From a virus, in IMG/VR virus record IMGVR_UViG_3300044712_000688, positions 64,001 to 128,000 of that record: a stretch of DNA of 64,000 nucleotides; one strand, 5' to 3'. Position numbers and translations under genes: made by a program. The notes under the pieces are model-generated. The model made no database searches, was not told the origin of the DNA, and saw only the letters and a list, made by a program, of their open reading frames with translations. Shown in pieces: positions 50,624 to 64,000 of the stretch (the first letter of the stretch is position 1; the number at the start of each line of letters is the position of its first letter).

Positions 50624-51710
50624 CTGCTTCTTTGTAGTAGTTTAGATTATTAGTCAGTCGCTCGTTATCTGGCTCGTAAGACGCTGCAACTTTTCCGTAG
50701 ATCAAAGCTTCTTTATACATTCCTAAGTTATAAGCGGCAATAGCAGCTAAATCGCTAGGCAATGCTCCCCAAGCGAAGTCCTCGCAAAGATAGTCCAGCG
50801 GCTTCTCTTTGATGTCTAAAGCCTCTAGTGCAATTTTGTAGCACTTATCCCAAGTTTGATTTTCATAGAGATACTGAGCATATTCAACCAGAGCTTCTCG
50901 ACGTCCCGGGGCTTCGGCAATTGCCTCACATAGCCAAGCCTCTTTATTCTCTGGCTCGCACTTAGCTAGGTACCTCATGGAAGCTGCTCGCTCTGGCCTC
51001 CACGTGGCACTAGGAATAGATAGATGCCTCTTAAATTCTTCCGCAGCTTCTTCATGATGTCCGTAAAAGAAGAGCTCTCTTGCGTAATAGAAAGCACTTC
51101 TGTCATCATTTGGTGACTCTTTGACTGCTAGCTTAAGTAGCGGTAGATATTGACCGCGGCTTTTTGTAGGGTCAGCTCTATGGTGTAAAACTACCTCGGG
51201 AATCACTACTCTATTCTCTACTCGATCCATCTCCCAGTAGAGTGTCTCGTGGCAAGGCTGACGCCAGCGGTACCCAAAGCGTGCATGAATCTTGTCGGCA
51301 TAGAACTGAATGCCCGGAGTTACTCCGTCTTCCTTCCAGTTCCAGATATAGTCATAAGCGATTCGGTCAATGTTACCGTTGGTCTCTTGCCATGCCTTAT
51401 CTATGGCCTCTACCCAGCCTGGCTGTAGATACTCATCCAGATCAATAGATAGGCAGATATCAATATCAGCGGGGATCAGACTCAGCGCCGTATTTCTAGG
51501 CACATCAAATCGCCAAGGCCTCTGAGTGATCTCATAGACTACTGCACCACGTTCACGAAGACGCTCTACCGTTCCATCGGTGGATCCTGTATCGCAGACT
51601 AAAACTAGGTCTGCTCCTTCGTTTGCATCCATGAATTTATCTACATGCTTAATTTCATTTAGAGCAATTGCATATACACAGGTTTTTACCTTACGCATTT
51701 GATCCTTCAT
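50598..51710 (-). CDS. GT2 glycosyltransferase plus TPR repeats
   Basis: VYAIALNE, DTGSTDGT, WRFDVPRN, SIDLDE (DxD), HETL and TPR-like C-terminus. Confidence 0.9.
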   Translation of the reverse strand: MKDQMRKVKTCVYAIALNEIKHVDKFMDANEGADLVLVCDTGSTDGTVERLRERGAVVYEITQRPWRFDVPRNTALSLIPADIDICLSIDLDEYLQPGWVEAIDKAWQETNGNIDRIAYDYIWNWKEDGVTPGIQFYADKIHARFGYRWRQPCHETLYWEMDRVENRVVIPEVVLHHRADPTKSRGQYLPLLKLAVKESPNDDRSAFYYARELFFYGHHEEAAEEFKRHLSIPSATWRPERAASMRYLAKCEPENKEAWLCEAIAEAPGRREALVEYAQYLYENQTWDKCYKIALEALDIKEKPLDYLCEDFAWGALPSDLAAIAAYNLGMYKEALIYGKVAASYEPDNERLTNNLNYYKEAAKVSSYSL

Positions 51711-52737
51711 ACCACTTCATGTTTTCAATAAGTCTTGGGTTATCTGGGTCTAATTCTAGTGCCAGTGCGCCGTGCTTAAGCGCCAACTCTTTATCCCCGC
51801 AGTAGTATGCAGAAATTGCAGTAATGTCGTGTGGGCCACTCCCCCACGCTTCTGCAGAGTATGTAAATCCGTCTCGGCGTTCAGTAATTTCTAGGCACTC
51901 TAAGGCAGCTTCAAGAGCGATCTGGTGCTCCCCCGTGGAGGAGTATAGCTTCGAGATTTCATACAAAGTTTCGCGTTCTTTGCTTTGGTTGTAGGCTAGC
52001 CCTAGCCAAGCCCTAGCTGACTCTAGATCGCCTTGCATTTTGTAGTTCAGGGCAACGTTCTTTGCAATATATGACTTCACAACTGGGCCATCTAAGCACT
52101 TGGCATAGCTCTCGGAACGCCAATCAATGGCCTTATCTAGATTTCCAATAGCTTGGTAGTCATTAGCTAGAAAGTACCTTGTGCGCCAATCCTCGTCCCC
52201 CTCGCTAATCTTCTTATGCAGGAGATTTAAATAGCTGCGCCTACTCTTTGTAGTGTCTTGCCATTCGTCTAGAAAGATGTCTTTAGACCAAATCACTTTT
52301 TCTGGAATTGACCATGATAGGGTTTCATGTACTGCACCGACCCATTTGCAGTCGTGGCGGGCATGAATCTTTGAGTGCCACTGCCAATCTCCTCCATTGT
52401 GACGGTACTTGTGGTTTAGTATCGTAGCGTCTGCTTCCCAGTTGTCTTCTAGGATATTTCTCCAGCCTGACAAAAGAACTTCATCCATATCCATAGATAC
52501 TGCAATATCAATATCTTTTGGTAGGAGATTTAGAGCAGCGTTCTTAGCATCGTCAAATCTCCACGGAGAAACTTTTATTTTATAGATAACTATCCCGAGG
52601 GACTCGGCAATGTTTACAGTGTTGTCAGAAGAGCCAGTATCGGCAATAAGAACGTAATCGGCTTCTTTGGCTGACTCATACCAGCGGTTAACAAATTGTT
52701 CCTCATTGCACGCTATAGAGTAGACAGCTATTTTCAC
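51691..52737 (-). CDS. GT2 glycosyltransferase plus TPR repeats (paralogue)
   Basis: VYSIACNEE, DTGSSDNT, WRFDDAKN, SMDMDE and VHETL. Confidence 0.9.
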   Translation of the reverse strand: MKIAVYSIACNEEQFVNRWYESAKEADYVLIADTGSSDNTVNIAESLGIVIYKIKVSPWRFDDAKNAALNLLPKDIDIAVSMDMDEVLLSGWRNILEDNWEADATILNHKYRHNGGDWQWHSKIHARHDCKWVGAVHETLSWSIPEKVIWSKDIFLDEWQDTTKSRRSYLNLLHKKISEGDEDWRTRYFLANDYQAIGNLDKAIDWRSESYAKCLDGPVVKSYIAKNVALNYKMQGDLESARAWLGLAYNQSKERETLYEISKLYSSTGEHQIALEAALECLEITERRDGFTYSAEAWGSGPHDITAISAYYCGDKELALKHGALALELDPDNPRLIENMKWYEGSNA

Positions 52738-52949
52738 TTCTTTGTCTTCTTTTTGACTTCTATTCGTGCCCAGATTCGCTCATGTAGATAGTAGTAAACC
52801 ATCTCCATAATGGACCCAGTTAGTACGATTCCGGCTGAGAGCAATAGATTACCCGTGAATAGCCAAGTGATACCAAAGAAGATTAGCTCATGGCTGACGA
52901 TGTAGGTAAAACTTTTTAGTACAGATCTGGCTTTAGTGTCTGTAGCCAT
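52734..52949 (-). CDS. DUF2061-like small membrane protein
   Basis: ARSVLKSFTY..YYYLHERIWARI. Confidence 0.75.
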   Translation of the reverse strand: MATDTKARSVLKSFTYIVSHELIFFGITWLFTGNLLLSAGIVLTGSIMEMVYYYLHERIWARIEVKKKTKK

Positions 52950-52951
52950 AT

Positions 52952-54157
52952 TTATTCCACCGTAATGACGCTAATAAACTCTCGAGGATTGAAGTCTCCG
53001 CCTAGGACCATAGTTAGTAGTCCTGCATTAGAGGTGGCACCCGCACGGTCACGGTACCACTCAGAGCCGGGGTCTGTAGTTGGGCACTGACACCACAAGC
53101 GATGTCCGATGTCCATAGTGCGGAAGTTGTGGTAGTGGCCCGAGATCCACACATCACAAAGACCAAGGGCTGTTTGACCCAAGGACTGTTGCTGTAGATA
53201 CTTCTCTGGATTATTTGCACTCATTTGGTGGCCATGGAAAAGACCGACCATTGTGCCGTTAATGTCTACAGCTAGAGTCTGGTGTCCCGACGCAGGGAAT
53301 CGGAATTCAACGTGAGACAGTGCTTGGTTTTCTGCGCACGCATCCTGAACAGCCGATGCAATTTCAACATTCCAGCCATCAGCTGGATCAGCAGCAACCT
53401 GACGAGTTACCTCGTCATGGTTTCCGTTTACTACGGGGACAACCATACGCTCCGCCATCGGAGCAAGAGATTTAATCTGAGACATAAGGAGACGTCGAGC
53501 AACGCGTACCTGCTCGGTCAATCCCAAGTCTGATGCAGCTTGACCTTGTAGACGTCCACCCTGAGAAACAATTCCCTCTACGTGGTCGCCTGGTAGTGCT
53601 AGAACTATAGTTCCTAGATCTAGACCAATCTTCTTATATGCCTCGAATTTGCTAACTGCTTTTTGTGTACCAGCAAGAATTCGATCAATAGATTGCTGAG
53701 TTCCGTTACCCTGAGCCTTCTTACCAATCTGCTGATCACTAGGTGCCACTAAATATGCACCTTTACCAGTGTGCTGTTTTATGCCTCGCTCTGGACGCCA
53801 CTTTTTAATTTCATCAATTAGCTTCTCTGCGTCTAAAGCATTTTCTCGATCTGCCCAAGCATTATTTGGAGTCAGATTTACTCGTACTGACTCGAGAAAT
53901 TCTCCGTCATACTTTTGCCACTTACCGCGACGCATGGACGACACTGTCCAATCCTCGGGATCAAGTCCAAACTCTTGAAGGATTGCGTTTGCATCTGGAA
54001 TCTCAGATGATGGGCGCGGCTTTGAGATTACGAAGCCACCCTTTGAAGAGTCAACGTCCATTCTTGGACGCCAGTCCTCCGGGATATTTAAAGATTTGAT
54101 ATCAGATCCGGTTGTTCCGGGTGAAGCTAGTTTCTCTAAGCGTTCGCTTAGGCTCAT
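52952..54157 (-). CDS. Calcineurin-like metallophosphoesterase
   Basis: SDQQIG, GDHVEG, GNHD, FHGH and GHYH motifs. Confidence 0.85.
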   Translation of the reverse strand: MSLSERLEKLASPGTTGSDIKSLNIPEDWRPRMDVDSSKGGFVISKPRPSSEIPDANAILQEFGLDPEDWTVSSMRRGKWQKYDGEFLESVRVNLTPNNAWADRENALDAEKLIDEIKKWRPERGIKQHTGKGAYLVAPSDQQIGKKAQGNGTQQSIDRILAGTQKAVSKFEAYKKIGLDLGTIVLALPGDHVEGIVSQGGRLQGQAASDLGLTEQVRVARRLLMSQIKSLAPMAERMVVPVVNGNHDEVTRQVAADPADGWNVEIASAVQDACAENQALSHVEFRFPASGHQTLAVDINGTMVGLFHGHQMSANNPEKYLQQQSLGQTALGLCDVWISGHYHNFRTMDIGHRLWCQCPTTDPGSEWYRDRAGATSNAGLLTMVLGGDFNPREFISVITVE

Positions 54158-54417
54158 TTCTGAACCTTCCTATAGCAGGTGCAAGACTTTCCCCTATGAC
54201 GATCAAAGGAGCTCTTTGATACATCATACCCCTCTTCACGTAGAAGTTGGGATAAAGTTACATTAGACACGCTGGAAGGGTCTTCATAGGATACCGACAT
54301 TACTTCGGTGAGAAGCTCGGCATCTTTAGCTGGAAGTTTAGAAAGAATTTTTCCGATTTTGCACTTTGGAGCAGAAGACTCTAGTTGCGCTTCAGAAAGC
54401 TTTTTGGATAGGGACAC
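54154..54417 (-). CDS. Small HTH-like protein with terminal Cys/His residues
   Basis: SNVTLSQLLREEGYDVSKSSFDRHR; KC near N-terminus and CTC near C-terminus; GTG start after AAGGAG. Confidence 0.6.
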   Translation of the reverse strand: MSLSKKLSEAQLESSAPKCKIGKILSKLPAKDAELLTEVMSVSYEDPSSVSNVTLSQLLREEGYDVSKSSFDRHRGKSCTCYRKVQK

Positions 54418-54483
54418 GTGTGCTCCTTCATTTTGTCTATTTCGTCATTTTACAGCTTATCAACATTCAAGTCAATATTTAAA

Positions 54484-54843
54484 CTATTCTGGCTTTTTTC
54501 GAGGCTTTCTCCGTACTGGAATAGGTTCCTCGGTCATCTTTAGACCACCTAAGTCTAGGCCATTTTTGGCTAAAATTATGTCTTTTATCAGCTCTGTCTC
54601 TGCTGACATTTTTACTACGTGGGTTTCGATGGTATTTACTCGGTCAGCCAATGAGCTGCCGCCATTCTCCCAGAGCTGGTGCTCGACTCGGTCTAGCCGA
54701 TCCGAGATTGTACGCCCCTGAGCATCGGCTCCGAGAACAACCGCTAGGCGGTTTACTAATCTAAATGTTGCATAGACGCCACCAAAAATTACGCCAAGGG
54801 CAGTAATTACCGCAGCAATAGTTAAAATAATCTCGACAGCCAT
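54484..54843 (-). CDS. Single-TM membrane protein (holin- or lysis-associated-like)
   Basis: N-terminal TM, ENGGSSLADRV coiled coil and basic tail. Confidence 0.6.
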   Translation of the reverse strand: MAVEIILTIAAVITALGVIFGGVYATFRLVNRLAVVLGADAQGRTISDRLDRVEHQLWENGGSSLADRVNTIETHVVKMSAETELIKDIILAKNGLDLGGLKMTEEPIPVRRKPRKKPE

Positions 54844-54892
54844 GACCTATAATAGAAATCTACTCGGTGAACCAATTAGGTTTGTTTCATCT

Positions 54893-54900
54893 ATTTTACC
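54893..54900 (-). promoter_or_regulatory. GGTAAAAT motif (minus strand)
   Basis: ATTTTACC on + strand, upstream of the 54843 gene. Confidence 0.5.
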
Positions 54901-55072
54901 CTAATAGGGTCTTCCTTATTTGGCTGGGCGTTAGGTCGTCCCCCTGAATGAGTCTGCTGGCAATCTGCCATTTTTATGTTTGAGTTTGCATTTGCCGTCT
55001 TTGGCTGTATGCTGATGTTAGTATTTTCGGAGAGTTTATGTATTTCTTTAGTGACGGCAAGGCGGTGGCGTA

Positions 55073-57712
55073 ATGAGCGCATGGGAGACAGCGGGTAATG
55101 GCAAACTTGCCCGAGGAGCCGCTTGGTTTGCCAATAAGGGTTGGGTTCTACTGCCCGTACACGGAATCACTAATGATGGTCGATGCACTTGCGGTCGGTC
55201 TCATGGTGGCGAGACCAAAGACATCGGAAAGCACCCTGCACTAAACAGCTGGAATACCGAAGCCTCTAATGATCCCGCCGTAGTAGCCAAGTGGTATGAA
55301 GAGAATCCTGATTACAATATCGGCGTTTTCTGTAAGCCATCTGGATTCTTTGCCATTGATATTGACCCACGTTCTGGTGGCGATGACTCTTTTGAAATTC
55401 TTGAAGCACGTGCTGAAGGTGCACTACCTCCAACTGTTGAAGCGCAGACCGGAAACTACACGGTACGTGGAAAAGTTGTACGCGGTCGTCACCTAATCTA
55501 TAAGTGCGACCCTAACGAAAAATTCCTAGGCAACCTAGAAAAGGCTGGCCTTAAGGGAATTGATATCAAGCACAACGGCTACATTCTTATTGCTCCGTCG
55601 CGTCACTTCTCTGGCACTACTTATGACTGGAAGCCTGGTCACGCACCTTGGGAGATGGAGATTGCTGAAGCACCAGAAGAGCTTCTCGCTGTTTTGCGTG
55701 CACGCACTCCACGTCAAGGATCAGGTACCGCATATAAAGACGGCTCTTGGGATTGGCTAGAAGAACTCGAGTTCAGCGGTGAAAAAGTTGATATCGAAAA
55801 GATTCTTAGTGAGGGTATTGACGAGGGTCACCGAGCAGTCGAGGTTTATCGACTTGCGTGTGCACTAGCAAACAAATTTGGTACTAGCCCCGAATCTCGT
55901 CTCGCAATCGAGTCAATGATGATTCGCTTCAACCATGAAATGATTCGTCCTCCTATGGAGTTGGAGGGTGCCAACTCTCTACTAATGCACACTCACCGCG
56001 CGATTGACTTTGTCGCTAATAGCCCGAAGCTTGACCGCAAGTGGGAGGGGCTCACGGAGTGGGCTCGTAATGGCGGTAATGAGTGGGCAAAAAAATCTCA
56101 GGAAGAGACTTCTCAGGCATTGGTTCAGTCTGGATCAGACAACTTTACTGCTCCAGTTGTAACTATGCCACCTAAGTTTGTTGGTGACATTGTTACTGAC
56201 CTAATTGAAAGTGGTGTTTCTGTAGCAGATGCTACAAACAAGGGAAATGCTCCACTACCTAAAGACGTTGACGCGATTAGCGCCGAAGATGGTGGGCGTC
56301 CAGGCTATCGAACTCTTACAGATGTAGGTAACAGCCGTAGGCTTATTGACACCTACGGATCCGCGATTCGCTATACCCCTGGACTAGGTTGGTTCTATTG
56401 GGAGGGCCAATATTGGTGCCCTGACTCGGAAGAGCTGCACCTAAAGGAACTTGCTAAGCGTATCTCTACTGTTATTGCCAGTGAGGTAATTAATTACGAC
56501 GAAGATGACCCTAAGCGTTCGGAACTAGTGAACCACGCTAAGCAGGCAAAATCAGCTGCAAAGATTGCAACTATGACTGCACTAGCAGACTCCGATGAAC
56601 GTGTTGCGGTTGCTGTAGAGCAGTGGGACAATGCGCCTCACCTGCTGGGTGTTGTGAATGGTGTTGTGGATCTTCGTACTGGAGAACTACTCCGTGGACG
56701 CCCAGACCTACACATTACAAAGCGTGCTCCCGTTTCTTACAACCCGGGCTTGCGCAACGTCCGTTGGGAGCAGTTCATTGACTACGCGACTGGCGGAGAC
56801 AAAGAGCTTCAGGAATGGATTCAGAAAGCTGCTGGATATACGCTGACTGGTCTTAGCAACCAAGACGTTTTGTTCTTGGTCTACGGTCCTCCGGGCTCTG
56901 GTAAGAACACGTTCGTAGAAACAATTGTCAACGCGTTAGGTGCCGAGCAATACGCCGGAAAGTTGCCATCTGAAATCATGGCATCTGGTCAGGCGCAAAA
57001 CTCTTCTAACCAGTACTACATGGCAGAGCTTCGTGGTAAGCGCATGATCTGGATTGACGAGTTGCCTGAGTCTGAGCGTCTAAACGAAAACCAGATTAAG
57101 CAGCTCACTGGTTCGTCAACGATTCAGGGTCGTTCGCCTGGTGAAAAGCCATTCACATTCAAGGCCCAAGGCAAGATGTGGATTACGACTAACCACCGTC
57201 CAATCATTACTGACGATGCTATGTGGCGTCGTCTGCGTCCAATTCCATGGTCAAACATCCCAGAGACCTCCGACCCAGATCTAAAGGCATATCTTTCTGA
57301 TCCAGAGGGCGGTCTTCCTGCTGTCCTATCGTGGGCAGTAGACGGTGCAATTAAGTATTTGAACTCGTCTGCTCGTGATCCGCTGGGAATGTGTGCAGCT
57401 GTTCGTGATGCCTCTGATATCTACCGCAAGAACGAAGACCGCATTGGTATCTTCCTTGATGAAGAAACTAAAGAATCAATTGGCGCGTCTAGTCAGATTA
57501 AGAGTCTCTATGCTGTATACCGCGTTTGGAGCGACGAGCGTGGAGAGCGTCCTATGTCTCAGATTGCGTTCCAGCGTAAGCTATCTGATCGAGGACTAAC
57601 AGTTAACGGTCAGGGTGTTAAGGCAACCCTAGAGAATCGCGCACTGAACCCTCGTGTTGTGCCTAGCAGTGAAGTTGACTGGGGTATGGCTACGAGGCTG
57701 GCTCGAATCTAA
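55073..57712 (+). CDS. Bifunctional primase-polymerase fused to D5-like SF3 helicase
   Basis: CTCG..GKHP, YNIG..IDIDPRSGG, G.HLIY, LTDVGNS, Walker A GPPGSGKNT and AMWRRL. Confidence 0.92.
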   Translation: MSAWETAGNGKLARGAAWFANKGWVLLPVHGITNDGRCTCGRSHGGETKDIGKHPALNSWNTEASNDPAVVAKWYEENPDYNIGVFCKPSGFFAIDIDPRSGGDDSFEILEARAEGALPPTVEAQTGNYTVRGKVVRGRHLIYKCDPNEKFLGNLEKAGLKGIDIKHNGYILIAPSRHFSGTTYDWKPGHAPWEMEIAEAPEELLAVLRARTPRQGSGTAYKDGSWDWLEELEFSGEKVDIEKILSEGIDEGHRAVEVYRLACALANKFGTSPESRLAIESMMIRFNHEMIRPPMELEGANSLLMHTHRAIDFVANSPKLDRKWEGLTEWARNGGNEWAKKSQEETSQALVQSGSDNFTAPVVTMPPKFVGDIVTDLIESGVSVADATNKGNAPLPKDVDAISAEDGGRPGYRTLTDVGNSRRLIDTYGSAIRYTPGLGWFYWEGQYWCPDSEELHLKELAKRISTVIASEVINYDEDDPKRSELVNHAKQAKSAAKIATMTALADSDERVAVAVEQWDNAPHLLGVVNGVVDLRTGELLRGRPDLHITKRAPVSYNPGLRNVRWEQFIDYATGGDKELQEWIQKAAGYTLTGLSNQDVLFLVYGPPGSGKNTFVETIVNALGAEQYAGKLPSEIMASGQAQNSSNQYYMAELRGKRMIWIDELPESERLNENQIKQLTGSSTIQGRSPGEKPFTFKAQGKMWITTNHRPIITDDAMWRRLRPIPWSNIPETSDPDLKAYLSDPEGGLPAVLSWAVDGAIKYLNSSARDPLGMCAAVRDASDIYRKNEDRIGIFLDEETKESIGASSQIKSLYAVYRVWSDERGERPMSQIAFQRKLSDRGLTVNGQGVKATLENRALNPRVVPSSEVDWGMATRLARI

Positions 57713-57725
57713 AACAAAGTAAAGA

Positions 57726-58007
57726 CTAAGAAATTTTAGATAAATACTGATCGTATTTCATCTTTAAGTGTGACTTTACCGTTTTAGCTTCTAAAAAGTA
57801 TTGATTAGATAGCTCTGTTTCAGAATATTCTTCTGGAGTTTTTGTGCTGTCAGCAAGTAATCCAGCTTTTAGTTTGTATTCAAAATCTCCAATAGATGCT
57901 TCAAAAAAGAACTCCCAGCGTTTAACTAGGCCGTCCTCATTCAAAATAGGAGTGAGGTTGGTAATAGTTTTTGTTGCTAGATCCCATGGGGTTGGCGATT
58001 CTGTCAT
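57726..58007 (-). CDS. Hypothetical protein
   Basis: Last gene of the minus-strand fibre operon. Confidence 0.6.
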   Translation of the reverse strand: MTESPTPWDLATKTITNLTPILNEDGLVKRWEFFFEASIGDFEYKLKAGLLADSTKTPEEYSETELSNQYFLEAKTVKSHLKMKYDQYLSKIS

Positions 58008-58336
58008 TATCTGAGTCCCCTAATTAGAACTTCAATTTCGATGTCAGTTAAGCCGACTACATCTTTTAGTTTTTGCTTTGCTGTAGTTGGTGCATTTATG
58101 CGCTCAATCTCTTCAGGCGTTAAATCGCGCAAAGACCACACCTGAGTCCAAGTACCGTCAATTTCTTCAGGAGCAAGCTCAATCAGTGCTTTGTTTTCTG
58201 GGACGCTTGGCGGGTTGGTAGGTGTAACTTCAATCCAACCGTTTGGTAGCGGATCACCATAGTTCCAGCCAGGATTAGCTGCTTGGATATCGCCAATGTG
58301 TCTAGGATATTCATTTTCGGGATTTATAAAAAGCAT
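58007..58336 (-). CDS. Tail-fibre-associated small protein
   Basis: YPRHIGD..ELAPEEIDGTWTQVWSLRDLT pattern. Confidence 0.55.
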   Translation of the reverse strand: MLFINPENEYPRHIGDIQAANPGWNYGDPLPNGWIEVTPTNPPSVPENKALIELAPEEIDGTWTQVWSLRDLTPEEIERINAPTTAKQKLKDVVGLTDIEIEVLIRGLR

Positions 58337-58340
58337 ATAA

Positions 58341-59588
58341 TTATCCTACCTCGGTGCCGATATATGTAATAGTTGGTGTTGCTGTTACTGAAGATACCGA
58401 GTATCCAGCTGATGAATCCGCATATCCCGCTCCAGTATAGCTAAATCCACTAGCAGTAAAACTCATTGAAATAGATGTTGATTGCAACTGAGAAGTGGAG
58501 TCATATGTAAAATCTGGATAGGTTCCTACCCCACTGCCGTCGCCTTTTAGTTTTGCTACAAATGAGACACCCATTAGGCCTACCGTAGCGTCTGTCCTAT
58601 TTACATTTATTCTTAGTACGCCAGTAAGATTATTAATTCTTCTTATAAACTGCAGTGATCCATCCGAAGCATTAAATTTAGCAAATCCACCACCGTATTT
58701 AGTTGGATATTCGTTGTTGTTGTAGTCCCAGTAAAAACTTAGATAAGGTGTGCCGCTAGAGTCTAGCCCTACTGTTCCAAAGTCATTATATGTATAAACC
58801 CCTGGTATCTCTAAGTCTTTAGTCCAAAGTACTGAACCGGAAGAATTAAACTTAATTAAATAGTTTTTTCTTGGACTACCAGACCAGCCAGAAACATACA
58901 CGTTACCGTTACTGTCAACGGCACATCCAGATGCAAAAGTTCCGTTACCATCATTAGGGGTAAATGTTCTTTGCCATAAAACTGATCCATTGCTGGCATT
59001 AAAAGCGGTAACTAACCCTACAAATACAGATCCATTGTTAAAGCTTCCAGCAGCAACTACAATATTTGGTGTTTCATGGTAACCTACAGCATTAAAAAGT
59101 GTTGCAGAATTTGTATTGTAGGTTGACCAGATCAAAGCTCCATCAGTATTTATAGCCATAACACTGGCAAATGACTGACCTCCACGGCCTCCGGCTATGT
59201 AGCTGGTCCCTGTACCAGTTGTTATCATATCTTGAGCATCTGCTGCCAGCCCGAGAGCATAATTTTTTTGCCATTGGATTATTCCGTTTGAATTAAACTT
59301 AGCAACTAACCAGTTTGATGCTCCAGATACATAAACATTTTCTGAATTATCTACACCAATAGCTTCTAGGTTTCCAGCCCCTAAAGCTCTGCCCCAAACA
59401 AACTGCCCGTTTTTATCAAACTTAAAAGTGTTTGGATAGGTTTGTACATAGAAGTTACCTAAAGCACCTCTAGTATTTGATCCATAACCAGAGCCAACAT
59501 TTCGCAGGACCCAGTAAATACCTTTTGGCGGAGCTAGTCTTCCCCAAGAAATATTACTGCTATTGCCTATTGATCTTAGTATTGGCAT
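58341..59588 (-). CDS. Beta-propeller (SBBP-like repeat) virion protein
   Basis: Repeated D-S-x-G-N-V-Y-V-S-G and K-F-N-S-x-G-x-x-x-W blades. Confidence 0.7.
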   Translation of the reverse strand: MPILRSIGNSSNISWGRLAPPKGIYWVLRNVGSGYGSNTRGALGNFYVQTYPNTFKFDKNGQFVWGRALGAGNLEAIGVDNSENVYVSGASNWLVAKFNSNGIIQWQKNYALGLAADAQDMITTGTGTSYIAGGRGGQSFASVMAINTDGALIWSTYNTNSATLFNAVGYHETPNIVVAAGSFNNGSVFVGLVTAFNASNGSVLWQRTFTPNDGNGTFASGCAVDSNGNVYVSGWSGSPRKNYLIKFNSSGSVLWTKDLEIPGVYTYNDFGTVGLDSSGTPYLSFYWDYNNNEYPTKYGGGFAKFNASDGSLQFIRRINNLTGVLRINVNRTDATVGLMGVSFVAKLKGDGSGVGTYPDFTYDSTSQLQSTSISMSFTASGFSYTGAGYADSSAGYSVSSVTATPTITYIGTEVG

Positions 59589-59596
59589 AAAGTACC

Positions 59597-63449
<3,853 letters not shown>

Positions 63450-63450
<1 letters not shown>

Positions 63451-63812
63451 TATTTAGTTACCTCCGCGCGTACAGTTAGATTTCCTTGAAGAAGTCTGGT
63501 AACTGTTCCGGTAGATGTCTCTTCTAGCTCTAAATCATATACGTAGTTGCCTGGGGTCATAGAGGCTGTCTGAGAAGGGGTGATTAAGATAATAATAGAA
63601 CCTATTGATGCATTTATGAATAGCCCATTTGATGGGGTAGTTAGCTCCAAAATCGTAATAGCATCTGGAGTTTTAACGCGAATATCCATACGAGCGGTAT
63701 AGCCTGTTAAGGGTACAACATGTTTTGCAGAGCTTTTGAGCGCTATAGATCGATGCAAGGTAGCACCTTGATCTACTACTATATCATAAACATTAGTGGT
63801 TGCGCAATACAC
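63450..63812 (-). CDS. Ig-like structural protein (BppU/LtfC-like)
   Basis: [34 protein letters not shown]; start uncertain. Confidence 0.65.
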
Positions 63813-63845
63813 GGGAATCCTCTGGAGAAAAGGCTAGTCTCTTAT

Positions 63846-63853
63846 ATTTTACC
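63846..63853 (-). promoter_or_regulatory. GGTAAAAT motif (minus strand) upstream of fibre operon
   Basis: ATTTTACC on + strand. Confidence 0.5.
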
Positions 63854-63868
63854 GTAATTAGGTAAATC

Positions 63869-64000
63869 TTAGTTGTCTAGCTTCCTTACCCAGAAGGCCG
63901 GGGACATATACTTTACCCCCGATAAGATACGAGTTGATTTGTGGTAGTAAGGCTCTACGGACGGAAACACAATAATGCTTCCAGCTTTCGGCTTTATCTT
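63869..64000 (-). CDS. C-terminus of 2OG-Fe(II) oxygenase, prolyl-4-hydroxylase-like (truncated by window edge; not in ORF track)
   Basis: Translates KIKPKAGSIIVFPSVEPYYHKSTRILSGVKYMSPAFWVRKLDN*, with distal His and G-x-K-Y. Confidence 0.7.
   Translation of the reverse strand, partial: KIKPKAGSIIVFPSVEPYYHKSTRILSGVKYMSPAFWVRKLDN

Noticed and set aside
5936-57712. Inteins, introns or homing endonucleases in terL, polA, helicase or primase
   Set aside because: Catalytic motifs are spaced normally, with no intein termini or HNH/LAGLIDADG ORFs.

Overview
This 64 kb window is a large part of a tailed (siphovirus-like) dsDNA phage genome. The host is most plausibly an actinobacterium, inferred from WhiB, a cluster-B-like head module and a Pol A/Cas4-like/Sak4/DUF669 replication set. 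The + strand carries, in order: a secreted NlpC/P60 hydrolase and small membrane genes; a DUF2218-heme oxygenase-micropeptide-carbamoyltransferase block; terminase and portal; a Dps/ferritin and a HiPIP-like Cys protein; a greatly expanded (~18 kb) head module; capsid, tail, tape-measure and tail-tip genes; and replication genes plus WhiB. The - strand carries two GT2-TPR glycosyltransferases, a metallophosphoesterase, two Thr-rich collagen-like fibres and the 3' end of a prolyl-hydroxylase-like 2OG-Fe(II) oxygenase. A + strand primase-helicase sits within this - strand block. The strongest unexplained signal is at 16380-16410. A canonical C CCA AAA slippery heptamer followed by a GC-rich hairpin sits at the stop of an ~1800-aa acidic head-module protein, and the -1 frame is open straight into a tandem ArdC/metallopeptidase ORF. 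The same G[FL]DQ linker motif recurs 10 times across both ORFs and the supposed intergenic gap. This suggests a Gag-Pol-like frameshifted, proteolytically processed virion polyprotein. No tRNA, CRISPR array, integrase or obvious small terminase was recognised. All family assignments come from motif recognition by eye, not database searches.
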